Shown here piece by piece: positions 9,501-16,684 of a DNA stretch of 40,469 bases. The stretch's first letter is position 1. Each line of letters starts with the position of its first letter. Below the pieces are notes generated by a model that saw nothing but the letters and a program-made list of their open reading frames with translations, had not been told where the DNA came from and did no database searches. The position numbers and the translations under genes were made by a program. The stretch is from a virus (taxonomy: Duplodnaviria; Caudoviricetes): positions 1 through 40,469 of IMG/VR virus record IMGVR_UViG_3300009164_000151. One strand, written 5' to 3'.

Positions 9501-10908
9501 TGATGTTGTTTTCACCAGAACTGCGCTTCAATGGCTTTCCAACCTCCACAAATGAAGTGGATTCATATTGGATGGGTTTGAGCTTGATTCCTTCTGGAGC
9601 TACAGGTGCCTCTGGGGTAAACGCAGGAGCAACCTTTGCCGCCTTGTTGTACTCCGTAGCCAATTGCTCCAACTCTGGAGTCATGGCCTTGATCTGCTCT
9701 TCAATGTCTTTGTTGTGTAAACGGTCTGCCGTTTCTGTAACGGAGCCATCTTCCACCTTGCGCAGTTGTGCCCGTAGCTCCGCTTTGCGTTTCTCAGCTT
9801 CTTGGTACTGCGTTTGAATCTGTTGCAGGTATGCGGGGTCAGTGATGTCTGGTGCTTTAGGAGCAGCGGCAGCGGCAGCTTCAGCGGCGGCAGCAGCTTC
9901 AGCACGTTGCTTCTCTACCGCTTGCTGTCGAATGCCAGCCTGAGCCGCTCCTTTCTCTGACAAACGGCCTGCAGCACCCAGTGGGCCAAGCAGGGACACT
10001 TGATAAGCGGTCTCGCCATATTCCTTACGAGCATCTGCGTCCGTCAAAGACAGGCCAGCTTGGTAGCGTTCCAAGGCTTGTTGAGTCACTTCAATAGGAA
10101 CTTCACCGGCAATACCGGTGGCAGTGCCTTTGGCAATTGTGGTGAGGAGTCGCTCCTTGGCGAGTTTCTCCAAACCCTCTGATCCACCCTGCATGAGCAA
10201 CTTCTCAGGCACCCCAATCATCTTGCCAAACAGTTTCCCGCCCAGTAGGATACGGTCAGACGCTACGTCCAGTACCGCCTGTGGCACAGCGGTAGTCGCA
10301 GCCTTGGCGGTGTCAATCTCAATCGGTTTCTTGGCTTGCTCCTGCTCTTGAGCTTGGCGTTCGATGTTCCCGCCAAAAGATTGGACATAGGAAGGGGCGA
10401 ACGTACCAGCAAGACCACCACCAATTGCGCCAAGAGCCTTGCCCCGTGCGCCAAACATAGAGCCAGCTTTTGAACCAGCCATTGCGCCAGCTTTGGCCCC
10501 GGCAAAGGAAGCACCAAAGTTAGGTAGCTGTTCTGCAATTGCCAATGGGATTTGAGAGGCTGTCTCGCCCGCAGCGGATAACAGTCCCTCTTTGCTGTAA
10601 ACATCCTTAATCTTCTGCAGGCTTACTTGATCTGCGTATTGCTGATCCATAGCCTTGCTACGGGCCAGTGCAGCTTTGGCTGCTTCATTGGCATCACCGG
10701 TAACTGCGCCAGCTACAGTTTTGCCCTGAGAAACAAGTTGTTCAATACCTTTCTTAACCCCAGCAACAACACCTGATTCTTTGGTGAATGGTGTTGCCGC
10801 CTCTGGTTTTAAATGGTACAGCGTAGCAGTTAGCTGCTCTTCGGAAGACCCCTCTGGTGCTTCCAAATCATAGATGTGACCATCAGGGGCTTGCAGAGAG
10901 TAGATCAT
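490..10908 (-). CDS. Giant polyvalent internal virion/ejection protein (3472 aa): HExxH zincin-like, glycosylase-like, ART-PolyVal-like, ParB-like and C-terminal LPD38-like regions
   Basis: Uninterrupted 10.4 kb ORF, last gene of the structural arm. Motifs LRHESVH, VTIDTH, FKRWFGNSKVVD..YHGT, EGRHR, KDNNWII..IPIPFEVG. Confidence 0.85.
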   Translation of the reverse strand: MIYSLQAPDGHIYDLEAPEGSSEEQLTATLYHLKPEAATPFTKESGVVAGVKKGIEQLVSQGKTVAGAVTGDANEAAKAALARSKAMDQQYADQVSLQKIKDVYSKEGLLSAAGETASQIPLAIAEQLPNFGASFAGAKAGAMAGSKAGSMFGARGKALGAIGGGLAGTFAPSYVQSFGGNIERQAQEQEQAKKPIEIDTAKAATTAVPQAVLDVASDRILLGGKLFGKMIGVPEKLLMQGGSEGLEKLAKERLLTTIAKGTATGIAGEVPIEVTQQALERYQAGLSLTDADARKEYGETAYQVSLLGPLGAAGRLSEKGAAQAGIRQQAVEKQRAEAAAAAEAAAAAAPKAPDITDPAYLQQIQTQYQEAEKRKAELRAQLRKVEDGSVTETADRLHNKDIEEQIKAMTPELEQLATEYNKAAKVAPAFTPEAPVAPEGIKLKPIQYESTSFVEVGKPLKRSSGENNIIDYGGRKMVLMDVNGVQVPFYLSTGSGGKVDVPAGKWYPFFGIGKDGWINKTGGKEMANYYGSDALRNAAEMLDQHFGDMRNDNSTPKVASTGAHINAINQGFAPAENGTSDTPRLVRSNIDNLLNRIKGQPKQTLTVGDALDNPLGRFTKEELSSRSPKVVAYIDEQRKKLGKPALNDYSIEDIRDAMPGELPDAEKADLNSLIAAKSGYTGEVVYKPEDITNIATQKNIATDTDGFKFFLQRATGENDLAKMEQPQLHSAFKALSELPQFEETQQLPEKTNAVHYSPEQYRNAVQQVTSLTEAQDIPSTQALQVAKQVTGLTRDSDVQILLQNAYTNGDLNLSSAGEFIKVTPAEQAEFKVEEGFAPAQPTGFNVMRGDQLLYSTQNQAEANAKAEALSKTADPAIKQIDKSIANESSAIAASQRSLNIMETAGLFRTPKYQQASAAHAALVEKANDNIQRLREKKAYLQQPVTLQTTGKAANVKVYRSKEQGVSEQAFATREEALKHILENLPAARLNELAGKTKAPGFAKRLQGELERRKNPAKPFVAEKKVAPEVKKETKPDTTAEKEAVKSQLLPMLKKFGLGDVALQIEEGMQAEGSYVASVIKVALDAANPVRVLRHESVHGLKDLGFFTPGQWKVLENQADKVWIDKYLKQRNINGQPIKEGQQSRYDAYDNLYNGDMDAIREEAIADAFGDFDVNGAPKGVFATLLKKMQQFFEALRNSFTGAGFQTSDDVFGKVERGELKATQKAGTTEKQSLIRKAEENEKEISTQNPQAKGRLYDPLSDMLSIDESAVRESMEQNPELERNIIGAIKSYGFIPVDTKDEDVIKVFKDNIVSNLLHLHKRVPKDVRNRSKLWYDGANKIASELADRYDMEDTQVAGILAAMSPQKDWFQNVSMAERAIDILTNYGDATWTPQMLQYAESYISEAEDRADRDGRQIFFDKRIKKMSDDQVKLKDMSVKDAAAFVRAYDEAFNDRKYNIVTPEGGFGGTVMNKNPDPDTGLFKPATMMWSTYGPIEKTVSIFRDPSRKNISEKLGEEHKIRSFYNNIIAPNSPIGHVTIDTHAVAAALYESLAGTDPEVTHNFGGVGKNTKIGVGGTYGIIADAYREAAAKVGIKPREMQSITWEAVRGMFPENIKSQIKQRVRNEWTKYRTGLQTFEEARAKIEAIGDRADSPDWVNSDEGTFVEDGGSSFDPSFTPEGGVRLRKANEIKEKATINLSAVTGTIPGLQELHTRALNGDKEAYEVLQKVATSTLRFLLSGTKAKISFTPIKGVYEEGREPAIMAQVNFRESESTKVLGALSRFGLNFNQEAIHVRTKTKYKAGHNFGDGSYATPVYTIPLKKELTEQDIVDIVNNAGLKGFSVSKTELIAYHVQGKQDDISEYDDFLDKVRGVHAAYGAEDKRLQQGVQRLAVYGDGYGARTSYQDIASDFYPKQTADRETPRIIAEYLNKRPIKPFEQKPLTKAQKEEQTVLKDVYQALPVNDLKKPLVRKAYAALAEEVKRQYETLPIKVQLTEPQFDADGNYRDIYANSAEVRRDVSLNNRFKVLKTDSGTFGPTGFDFSGHPLLVDSGLTDVRGEPMLYNDLLRAVHDYFAHNLSDTEFGPKGEFAAWKNHMATTQDPLARWALTQETRAQNAWQNFRPEVQNLALKERGFAMQKASLPPATFTLTGDAAVDAPMVSFIAKLSDAQKLGSLSPRSPLVNKLPKLPQAEKLSLRAAPDTPEFKRWFGNSKVVDENGNPKVMYHGTARDITTFKPKQANAIFVTDSPQFAETFGSMGEEYMIKELFNNATPEERLDWTMKGAKQALKDKNISKSEFEEIKNTSENSDATFGFIPASIESEVFRVLADALPSRANIMPVYVRAENPFDYNNPKHVQNVLDELNAQRDSFGLPAGRNFGGIKTGNWELIEKPIVQKAIKKLGHDSFYVQEGGQRNLAVYEPSQIKSATGNIGTYDINNPDVRYSLRSAADAFTQQALDEHKQTQYKSKDKLIDMPIHEFLALAEFGYDENKMKLATQRVNEGTKFTSLPILIVRKDGENLKAVGHEGRHRAMALQKAGYDTMPVRLQSNIRWSEQVDPDNFDYAEVWPKRILAEDQALRSSFSVAMPFTREEASLDYQEMPKQRYSLRTDVAEDINNLPNGAAINAAIDRVTTARQEVGFVDRLLEGLAPESWSYLRQKALDRYNRLNDFEKLIATQMGGVSRLADQNAHSAALQSDAAAGVAASALGVGDRIGGIPVYKDGYTTVSNENGTVKGAVEIFSPLAAKGDPRIYQAYQFWAGAKRGKRLLASGKEELYTPQDMALAKQLEQQYPEFVDVQKDWIKYNDGLVKYAVDTGVISAKNAAEFTRYSDYIPFYRQIEGERTVGPNIFQSISGVKAPKKLTGSEAPLADFLETITRNTQSIIQAGMKNVAAQKAVEGGMMLQMVRKMDHLSSGPNVVTVLQKGEKVSYECADKLWVDAVSSLNLPELPFLNFLAMPANFLRAAVTKDPGFMLANLMRDSVSAYITSGAKLTPVASAVKEMGNVLMNNSPEYQKLLSAGVLGGYEFSRNVEASTEEFAKDLRKKTGTKTGFETAVSPFKFFWDKLEKGTEASDAATRIAVYKATLAETGNEAEAIHRALEVMNFNRKGSSAVVRIAAAAIPFLNARVQGLDVFFRAGIRPFMDANATEREKQVQRAMIIRGLTMMGLSLMYAAAVSGDPEYEKQEEETKDNNWIITRGEGKTPIKIPIPFEVGTLFKTIPERIYRSFFMPDQENRDTTDDLHKAMQRAIKSTFAINPVPQAVAPLLEARDNFSVFTQRPIVGQNLQGIAPEFQVGPGTSKWAEILGQQAGMSPMMIDHVYKGYTGTMGVYAADLLDTAIESLTSPEVQKPSKRIEQMPIIKRFLADPEARGKITSYFDLKHSVDTTVRTINLLEKQADPNLPAYVEKNAQLYAARDFMSSLNKQMDDLQKQANMIRAAPIPADEKRDMLAEITKAQNLLVNDIRQIRNIIKP

Positions 10909-10921
10909 ATTGCTTTAAAAA

Positions 10922-13057
10922 TTATCTGGTGCCGACGATTTTAGCTCCGGGGATGACTGATGCGGATGTCGTTGATTTTTCAGGGGCAGGAATGTCATGC
11001 TCTGCGCGTAGGGCTTGCAAATCTGCCTCATATCTTGTTCTCATAGCTTGAGCCGTGGGGCTGGTGCCACTCATAATCATAGGAGAATACTTCTTATCCA
11101 GTTCCGCCTTGGCAGAATTAAAGTTCCGCAGATTAGTGGCTTTAACTTGCGCTGCCTTGGCATCAGCGATATCTTGCTTGGTAGCTCCACCGGTGAGTTG
11201 GGTGTATTTTTCCAATGCATCTGCGTAAGAGAGGCTAGGATCTTCTTTCATGAGTCGATCAATGCTGCGAGTCTTCTCACCGGGCTTCTCTTCATGGATA
11301 GTGCGGTACAGGTCAAGCTTTTTCTGCGCTTGGGCTTGTTCTGCTCTACTAGCAATCACACCCAGACCGGCAGCACCAATATTCTGCAGCGCATTGGGAG
11401 ACTGCCCAGCCATCATGGACAGACCAAATTGCAACCAATCATTGCCAGACCAGCCTTCAGTTTCCTTGGTTGGGGGTGCAGCTTCCTTGGCGGCAGCAAT
11501 GATTTCTTTTTTACTTGCTTCTGGCGCTGGATGCCTATTAAGCAAGCTCTGCACTTCCCGTTGTGTGTCATCTGGCCCTGCAGGCGCGGCGGGCGCGGGA
11601 CGATAAAGTTCTGGGGTGCGTTTAGTACGGTCATCAACCCGTGCATTAGGGTTTAAAGCAGCAGCTTTCTTCTCTGCAATTTTTGGAGCATCCATAATTG
11701 CTGCACCAAACGCAGCATCAGGATCCATTGCACCCAGCATAGGATTCTCATACAAAGCTTCTTTCAGCTTCTCTCCGGTAGGAGCAGCCATTACACCTCG
11801 CTGGAAGCCTCCAAGTTGTTCGCCAAGAGCGCCAAGACCTGCCACTGCAGGGTTTACCGCCAATCGTGCTGCGCTACCAAGGCCACGTACTGCCGTGCCT
11901 AGCCCATACTTCCCAGCCATTTCGCTGCCAGTGATGGCGGCTTGTTTGGCTGCAACTCGTTCAGCCGCTTTTTGTGCAAGTGCTTGATCTGTAGCTGCGG
12001 TAACACCGCCACCGGCAGGCCCAGCCAATCGCGGCAAGGAAGTGTTGCGTGCTGCTTGGTCTGCCAAAGCTCGCTCCACCTTGGAGCCTTCAATTACTCG
12101 CGCCGCATCAGCAGCTTTAATTTTGTCTTTGAGAGCCGCAACACCTGTTTTAGCTGGGTAGTAGCCCAACCCTGCCGCCGCAGTAGCTGCTGCAGTCTCA
12201 GCATCATAGTTTTCTTCGTCCGGTTGAGGTGCGGCTTGCGTTGCAGGAATAGCTGCAATCCCCTGCTCCTTGGGAGTAGTAGGTTTTGGCGGTACTGTTT
12301 CCGCTTGTGCCGTAGCTCCGGGGGCAAGATTGAAAGCTAGTTTCTGCAGTTTTTTCAAGTATCCCTGAGCTTCTGTGGGTAAGGTGGGGGCATTTAATTC
12401 GCCCTTGTTTGCACGCAGATGTTTGTTTAAAACAGTTTCGCCTTGGTTGTAAGCAACAGCAATCTTGGCGGGATCGCCGTCATACTTCTTGTTTAAATCT
12501 GCCATAAACGCAATGGAAGCATCTATGTTTTTATAGGGGTCTTTGCGGTCTTTTGGGTCTACGCCATAGGCTTGCCCTGTTTTCGCAGTAAGCTGACCAA
12601 TGCCTTGCGGGCCAGTTGGCGATTGCGCATCTGCTTTGTAGTTGGACTCAATTTTAAAAATGGAATCCACCAAGGCTGGGTCTATCCCTTTTTCTTTAGC
12701 TTTTTCCAATGCATATGCGCGGTATGAAAGTTTTGCATCCCTACCTTCATTGCTGTAGTTGACATCACCACCCTCATCAAAGGCAACAATGCCTCCAGAG
12801 GCCATGTTCATGTCGATTGGAATGCGTGCAATGCCTTGATCTTCAGGCAAGGTTTTCATGCTCTCAAGCTCTTGATCTACCACTTTAGGCTGGGGAGCCT
12901 GTTGCGGGGCTTGTGTACGCAGATGCTTACGTCGATTGGATTCCGACAGAGCCAAGGAGAACGTGTATGGATCGTCCTTGTGCATTTCTGCGTATTGCTT
13001 CAATGCAGCATCTGGCATTGACGCCAGCTTTGATGTGATGTTTTGGATATTAAGCAT
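10922..13057 (-). CDS. Internal virion protein with lytic transglycosylase (SLT-like) domain (711 aa)
   Basis: SLT motifs IFKIESNY (catalytic Glu), GIGQL and AYNQG. Remainder is Ala-rich. Lies among ejection genes. Confidence 0.8.
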   Translation of the reverse strand: MLNIQNITSKLASMPDAALKQYAEMHKDDPYTFSLALSESNRRKHLRTQAPQQAPQPKVVDQELESMKTLPEDQGIARIPIDMNMASGGIVAFDEGGDVNYSNEGRDAKLSYRAYALEKAKEKGIDPALVDSIFKIESNYKADAQSPTGPQGIGQLTAKTGQAYGVDPKDRKDPYKNIDASIAFMADLNKKYDGDPAKIAVAYNQGETVLNKHLRANKGELNAPTLPTEAQGYLKKLQKLAFNLAPGATAQAETVPPKPTTPKEQGIAAIPATQAAPQPDEENYDAETAAATAAAGLGYYPAKTGVAALKDKIKAADAARVIEGSKVERALADQAARNTSLPRLAGPAGGGVTAATDQALAQKAAERVAAKQAAITGSEMAGKYGLGTAVRGLGSAARLAVNPAVAGLGALGEQLGGFQRGVMAAPTGEKLKEALYENPMLGAMDPDAAFGAAIMDAPKIAEKKAAALNPNARVDDRTKRTPELYRPAPAAPAGPDDTQREVQSLLNRHPAPEASKKEIIAAAKEAAPPTKETEGWSGNDWLQFGLSMMAGQSPNALQNIGAAGLGVIASRAEQAQAQKKLDLYRTIHEEKPGEKTRSIDRLMKEDPSLSYADALEKYTQLTGGATKQDIADAKAAQVKATNLRNFNSAKAELDKKYSPMIMSGTSPTAQAMRTRYEADLQALRAEHDIPAPEKSTTSASVIPGAKIVGTR

Positions 13058-13060
13058 TGT

Positions 13061-13972
13061 TTACATCCGGCTAAGAGCGAGATCTGCCAGTCCTGCACGA
13101 ATTCTGCCGCCACCGGCTTTCTTGGTAGCACCGTACAGCGCAGCCGCCGCCCCCAGTCCTTGACTAATCAGTGAGGGTGGTGCCTGATACACATTGGTGC
13201 CAAGGTTTGACATAGGAGCGCCTCGAACAATATCGGACATAAATCCAATTTGTTTGTAAGGGTAGTTTTGCTCGTTGGTGTAGTTCTGCATACCAACGTC
13301 CAACAAGTTTTGACCTTGTTGTTGCTGTTGGGTGCCCATCAAACCTTTGAGGTTTAAATTGCTAAGGTTTTGCCCGTACAGGTTCTGGCCTTGTGAACCA
13401 AGTGCTGCATAACCCTGCAGACCCATTTGACGCTGGGTATTGAATTGGTTCTGAGCGTTGGTAAATGCAGCTTGACTTCCTTGGGCTTGAATGTCACCCA
13501 TCTGCTGCCCCAGATTACGTTCTCGCTCTGCTCGCATGATGGCATCTCGGCTACCACCAAGAGCGCCAGAAGAAGTGGCTCCAGCTTGCTGCTGTGTGCC
13601 TTGAATACCTGACTGTCGTTCTGCTTCGCGTTTTTGAATATCAACAACGCTCTGCATGTAAGGATTCATGTACTGCTGTGCAGCAGCCTGATCAAACTGC
13701 TGACCAGATAAGGATTGCAGTCCTTGAGCAGCAGCAGTGGAGTAAGGGTCGTACCCCAAATTCCCAGCGCCTGCAAAGGCTTGTTTCTGCAAGTCTGTGA
13801 ACTGTGCAACTTGGTCGCCACTAAGACCCTGCTTCCTTGCCCAGTCTGCGTAGCTTTGATACGGGGCTTCTACTGCTTTGGCAGCCCCGCCCAAAACAGC
13901 TTCGCCATACGGAGCTAGTTGAGGTGCAAACCCTACTTGTTGTTGCTGAACTGATGTGGGGGTATCTGCCAT
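13061..13972 (-). CDS. Probable internal virion/DNA ejection protein (303 aa)
   Basis: Q/G/A-rich, YMNPYMQSVV and GALGGSR motifs typical of podovirus ejection proteins. AGGAAG upstream. Confidence 0.65.
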   Translation of the reverse strand: MADTPTSVQQQQVGFAPQLAPYGEAVLGGAAKAVEAPYQSYADWARKQGLSGDQVAQFTDLQKQAFAGAGNLGYDPYSTAAAQGLQSLSGQQFDQAAAQQYMNPYMQSVVDIQKREAERQSGIQGTQQQAGATSSGALGGSRDAIMRAERERNLGQQMGDIQAQGSQAAFTNAQNQFNTQRQMGLQGYAALGSQGQNLYGQNLSNLNLKGLMGTQQQQQGQNLLDVGMQNYTNEQNYPYKQIGFMSDIVRGAPMSNLGTNVYQAPPSLISQGLGAAAALYGATKKAGGGRIRAGLADLALSRM

Positions 13973-13981
13973 GACTCTTCC

Positions 13982-16006
13982 TTATGCGGGTAGGTGGCGA
14001 TCAGCTTTGCTGTTAGTTGCCACTTTGTTTTTGCCAATTGTCTTAGCGCGTCCTGCTTGGATGCGATCCATCATTGCGTACAGTCGTTTAGCGCCTGCAT
14101 CGGTAGATCCATTTCCTAGTTCCGAAACAATGCGGGCGGGAATTACAAACTCCCCATCTGCGAGTCGTGCTGGCTGATTTTTGCCAATTGTAGCGGGGAT
14201 ACTATCGGAAACCCCATCACCCGGCCCGCGCAGTAATCTACCGCCATCCGAATATGAGCCAAGGTTATATCCACCATTTGCCAGCGCAGCAATTCCGCCA
14301 TGCGCCCAACCGGGGCCAGCCCGCCCCCCAAATCCACCAACACCACCACCGTCACCACCATCACCACCGGCATTGCCTGTTCCATTACCAGTTCCAGCAT
14401 GTGCGCCCTGTGCGCCGCCTGCAGTTGCTCCATTAGCAGCGCCAAAGCCTCCAAAGCCACCCACTCCGCCATCACTACCGGAGCGACCACCGTCACCTTT
14501 GGTGCCTGACTCACTGCCATAACCATTAACGCCAATAACACCACTACCTTGAGCAGCTTGAGCAGCCTGAGCGGGGTCTTGGCTCATTGGGTTTGCTGCA
14601 GGAACTGGAGGGCTGGGCAAAAATGCACCTTTATCTTTGCCTGCTTCAGACATATCCATACCGAATGCGTCACTCACTGGCACTTTTGCCGCTTGCTCTG
14701 GGGTCAGATTTGGCAACGGGTTAAAGAAGTTAGCAATTTTGCCTAAAGCAATTTGCCCAGCGCTACCAAGTGCATTACTAGCCACGGCACCCATTTCAGC
14801 AAGGCGTCCAGAACCATCACCTAAGTTTTGGACTGGGTCAGCAATACGTTTATCGCCACCTTGTTTGTCTGCAAGGGCCTCTAGTCCTGCAACTTCATCT
14901 GGAACCCAGTCATATCCAGTACCGGCTGCATTCAGAACATAATGTCCACCGGTGCGGGTAAGCAAATCAAGAGGCACTAATGGATTTTTTTTGGAAACTG
15001 TACCCGTGTCCTCATTTGCTCCTGCGTGATAAAACAACATAGGGTTTGTAGCACCGGGTACACCCATCAGGTAGTCTTGAGCGCGTTGAGAGTCAGTCTT
15101 GTTGTCGTTTGGCTGGATATTGGTAGATTTGCCAACTCCACCAAAATTTACAGGACTAAGTGGTTCTCCAGCAGCATTTACCTCTTTATATGTTTTGGTC
15201 ACGGTGTCATAAACCATATGGTTTCCAACTAAACCACCCTCGTCATATTTCACGGGTTGGCCCACGCCACCAAAGGTCACGGCTGAACGATTACCAAATT
15301 CATCAACTGGGATTACTTCATCTTGCTCAAGGGCACCTGTTACGGGGTTTTTCCTGTATTTGCGAATATTGCCTTTGTTCTGCAATGCAGCAATTCCAGT
15401 GTTTTGATCTGCACTTGCCAGCGCAGGCAATGCTGCGGCACCGATAGCCCACTTGTTGTCTTTCAAAAAATCCAATGGGTGTGAGGCTGCTTCGGCAAAA
15501 CCTGCGGAGACATCTGGTTTGGCTGCAGCTTTAATGGCAGCTACACGGTCAGCATCAAACGCAGGGTTACTAGAGTCAAAGGCCGCATTAGCCGCCCTAG
15601 CGTTGGCAGCACTACCCGCCTCTCCCAGACTACCCATCAAACTAGCACCACCCCATGCGCCCAATCCAGCCGTCAGTCCTTTTTCAAGGCTACCTGTGGC
15701 TAGACCAGTTGCACCACCAACCAAAAGACCGGTTCCAACGGCAGCATCTGCGCCAACTAGTCCGCCAACAAACTCGCCCGCACCGGGAACAAAATAATCA
15801 ACTGCAGCACCAATTAGGGCTGGAGCCAAGTCTTCAAGTTTAAACGCCTCTGGCAGTCCAGTTTTAGGATTGGTACTCAATGATGTGCCATGTCGCCGCG
15901 CCAGCGCTTGTAGTCCCGCTACCTCACGGGGAGTAACGTGCATAAGCATAGAGTCGCCATTGCGACCCTGAGCAGCTAGGTGGTTTGCAGTATGTTGGAG
16001 GCTCAT
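13982..16006 (-). CDS. Probable internal virion/ejection protein (674 aa)
   Basis: N-terminal GRNGDSMLMHVTPREV..NPKTGLPEAF, Gly-rich hydrophobic segments, C-terminal GPGDGVSDSIPA..LADGEFVIPA. Confidence 0.7.
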   Translation of the reverse strand: MSLQHTANHLAAQGRNGDSMLMHVTPREVAGLQALARRHGTSLSTNPKTGLPEAFKLEDLAPALIGAAVDYFVPGAGEFVGGLVGADAAVGTGLLVGGATGLATGSLEKGLTAGLGAWGGASLMGSLGEAGSAANARAANAAFDSSNPAFDADRVAAIKAAAKPDVSAGFAEAASHPLDFLKDNKWAIGAAALPALASADQNTGIAALQNKGNIRKYRKNPVTGALEQDEVIPVDEFGNRSAVTFGGVGQPVKYDEGGLVGNHMVYDTVTKTYKEVNAAGEPLSPVNFGGVGKSTNIQPNDNKTDSQRAQDYLMGVPGATNPMLFYHAGANEDTGTVSKKNPLVPLDLLTRTGGHYVLNAAGTGYDWVPDEVAGLEALADKQGGDKRIADPVQNLGDGSGRLAEMGAVASNALGSAGQIALGKIANFFNPLPNLTPEQAAKVPVSDAFGMDMSEAGKDKGAFLPSPPVPAANPMSQDPAQAAQAAQGSGVIGVNGYGSESGTKGDGGRSGSDGGVGGFGGFGAANGATAGGAQGAHAGTGNGTGNAGGDGGDGGGVGGFGGRAGPGWAHGGIAALANGGYNLGSYSDGGRLLRGPGDGVSDSIPATIGKNQPARLADGEFVIPARIVSELGNGSTDAGAKRLYAMMDRIQAGRAKTIGKNKVATNSKADRHLPA

Positions 16007-16018
16007 AATGTTTCTCTA

Positions 16019-16684
16019 TTAAAGGGCTGAAACAAAGCTTAGTGTAGCAACCACTGAAGCGGTTGAGGGACGAACTGGGCCGGTAGCAGCAGCATAGGTG
16101 TGGATTGTCACGGCGGCATTAGTGGTTGACCAGTAAATTTGGACATAGTCATTGGCAGCCATACTCAAGTAGTAATTCCAGCCAAAGATACCATGACCCT
16201 CGTTACCTGCCCCTGCGGACTTTCTAGCTACGATAGATATAAAACCTGTTGAGCCAGTTATATCTGTAGAGGAACCACCATCATTGCCTTGGCGCAACCA
16301 AATACTAACGTCGTGTTGTGCATTGTCCGTATTTTGAATTTGCACGCTAAACTGCAAATTGTAGATACCAGCATTGACTACACGGATTTTTGAGGTGTCC
16401 AGACTTACTTTATTACTAAAGTCCGTAGTGGTTAGCTGCATCAAGGTAGCTGTATTAGCTGTTGTAGTCTGACTAGTGTAGTCAGAAAAGGCCCCGTAGG
16501 GGTTACTTATAAACCGCCCACCGTCGCTTGCTAGTAACGACTGCGTGAAGTTGTCCAACTGCGCAAAATACAGCCGGAGAATGTTATTCTCACTATCCAG
16601 CATTGATGGGTCATATGCAGGCGTAGCAGAAGGTAGCCGGGGGGCTACTGTAGGACGTATTGCCAACGTGCTAGTTGTAGCCAT
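16019..16684 (-). CDS. Virion structural protein (221 aa)
   Basis: TAATG coupling to the nozzle gene. LRLYF motif followed by a beta-rich domain (GIYNLQFSVQ). Confidence 0.6.
   Translation of the reverse strand: MATTSTLAIRPTVAPRLPSATPAYDPSMLDSENNILRLYFAQLDNFTQSLLASDGGRFISNPYGAFSDYTSQTTTANTATLMQLTTTDFSNKVSLDTSKIRVVNAGIYNLQFSVQIQNTDNAQHDVSIWLRQGNDGGSSTDITGSTGFISIVARKSAGAGNEGHGIFGWNYYLSMAANDYVQIYWSTTNAAVTIHTYAAATGPVRPSTASVVATLSFVSAL

Noticed and set aside
14290-14560. CCA/CCG-rich repeats and a His-rich plus-strand ORF
   Set aside because: Explained by Gly codons of the low-complexity linker on the minus strand.
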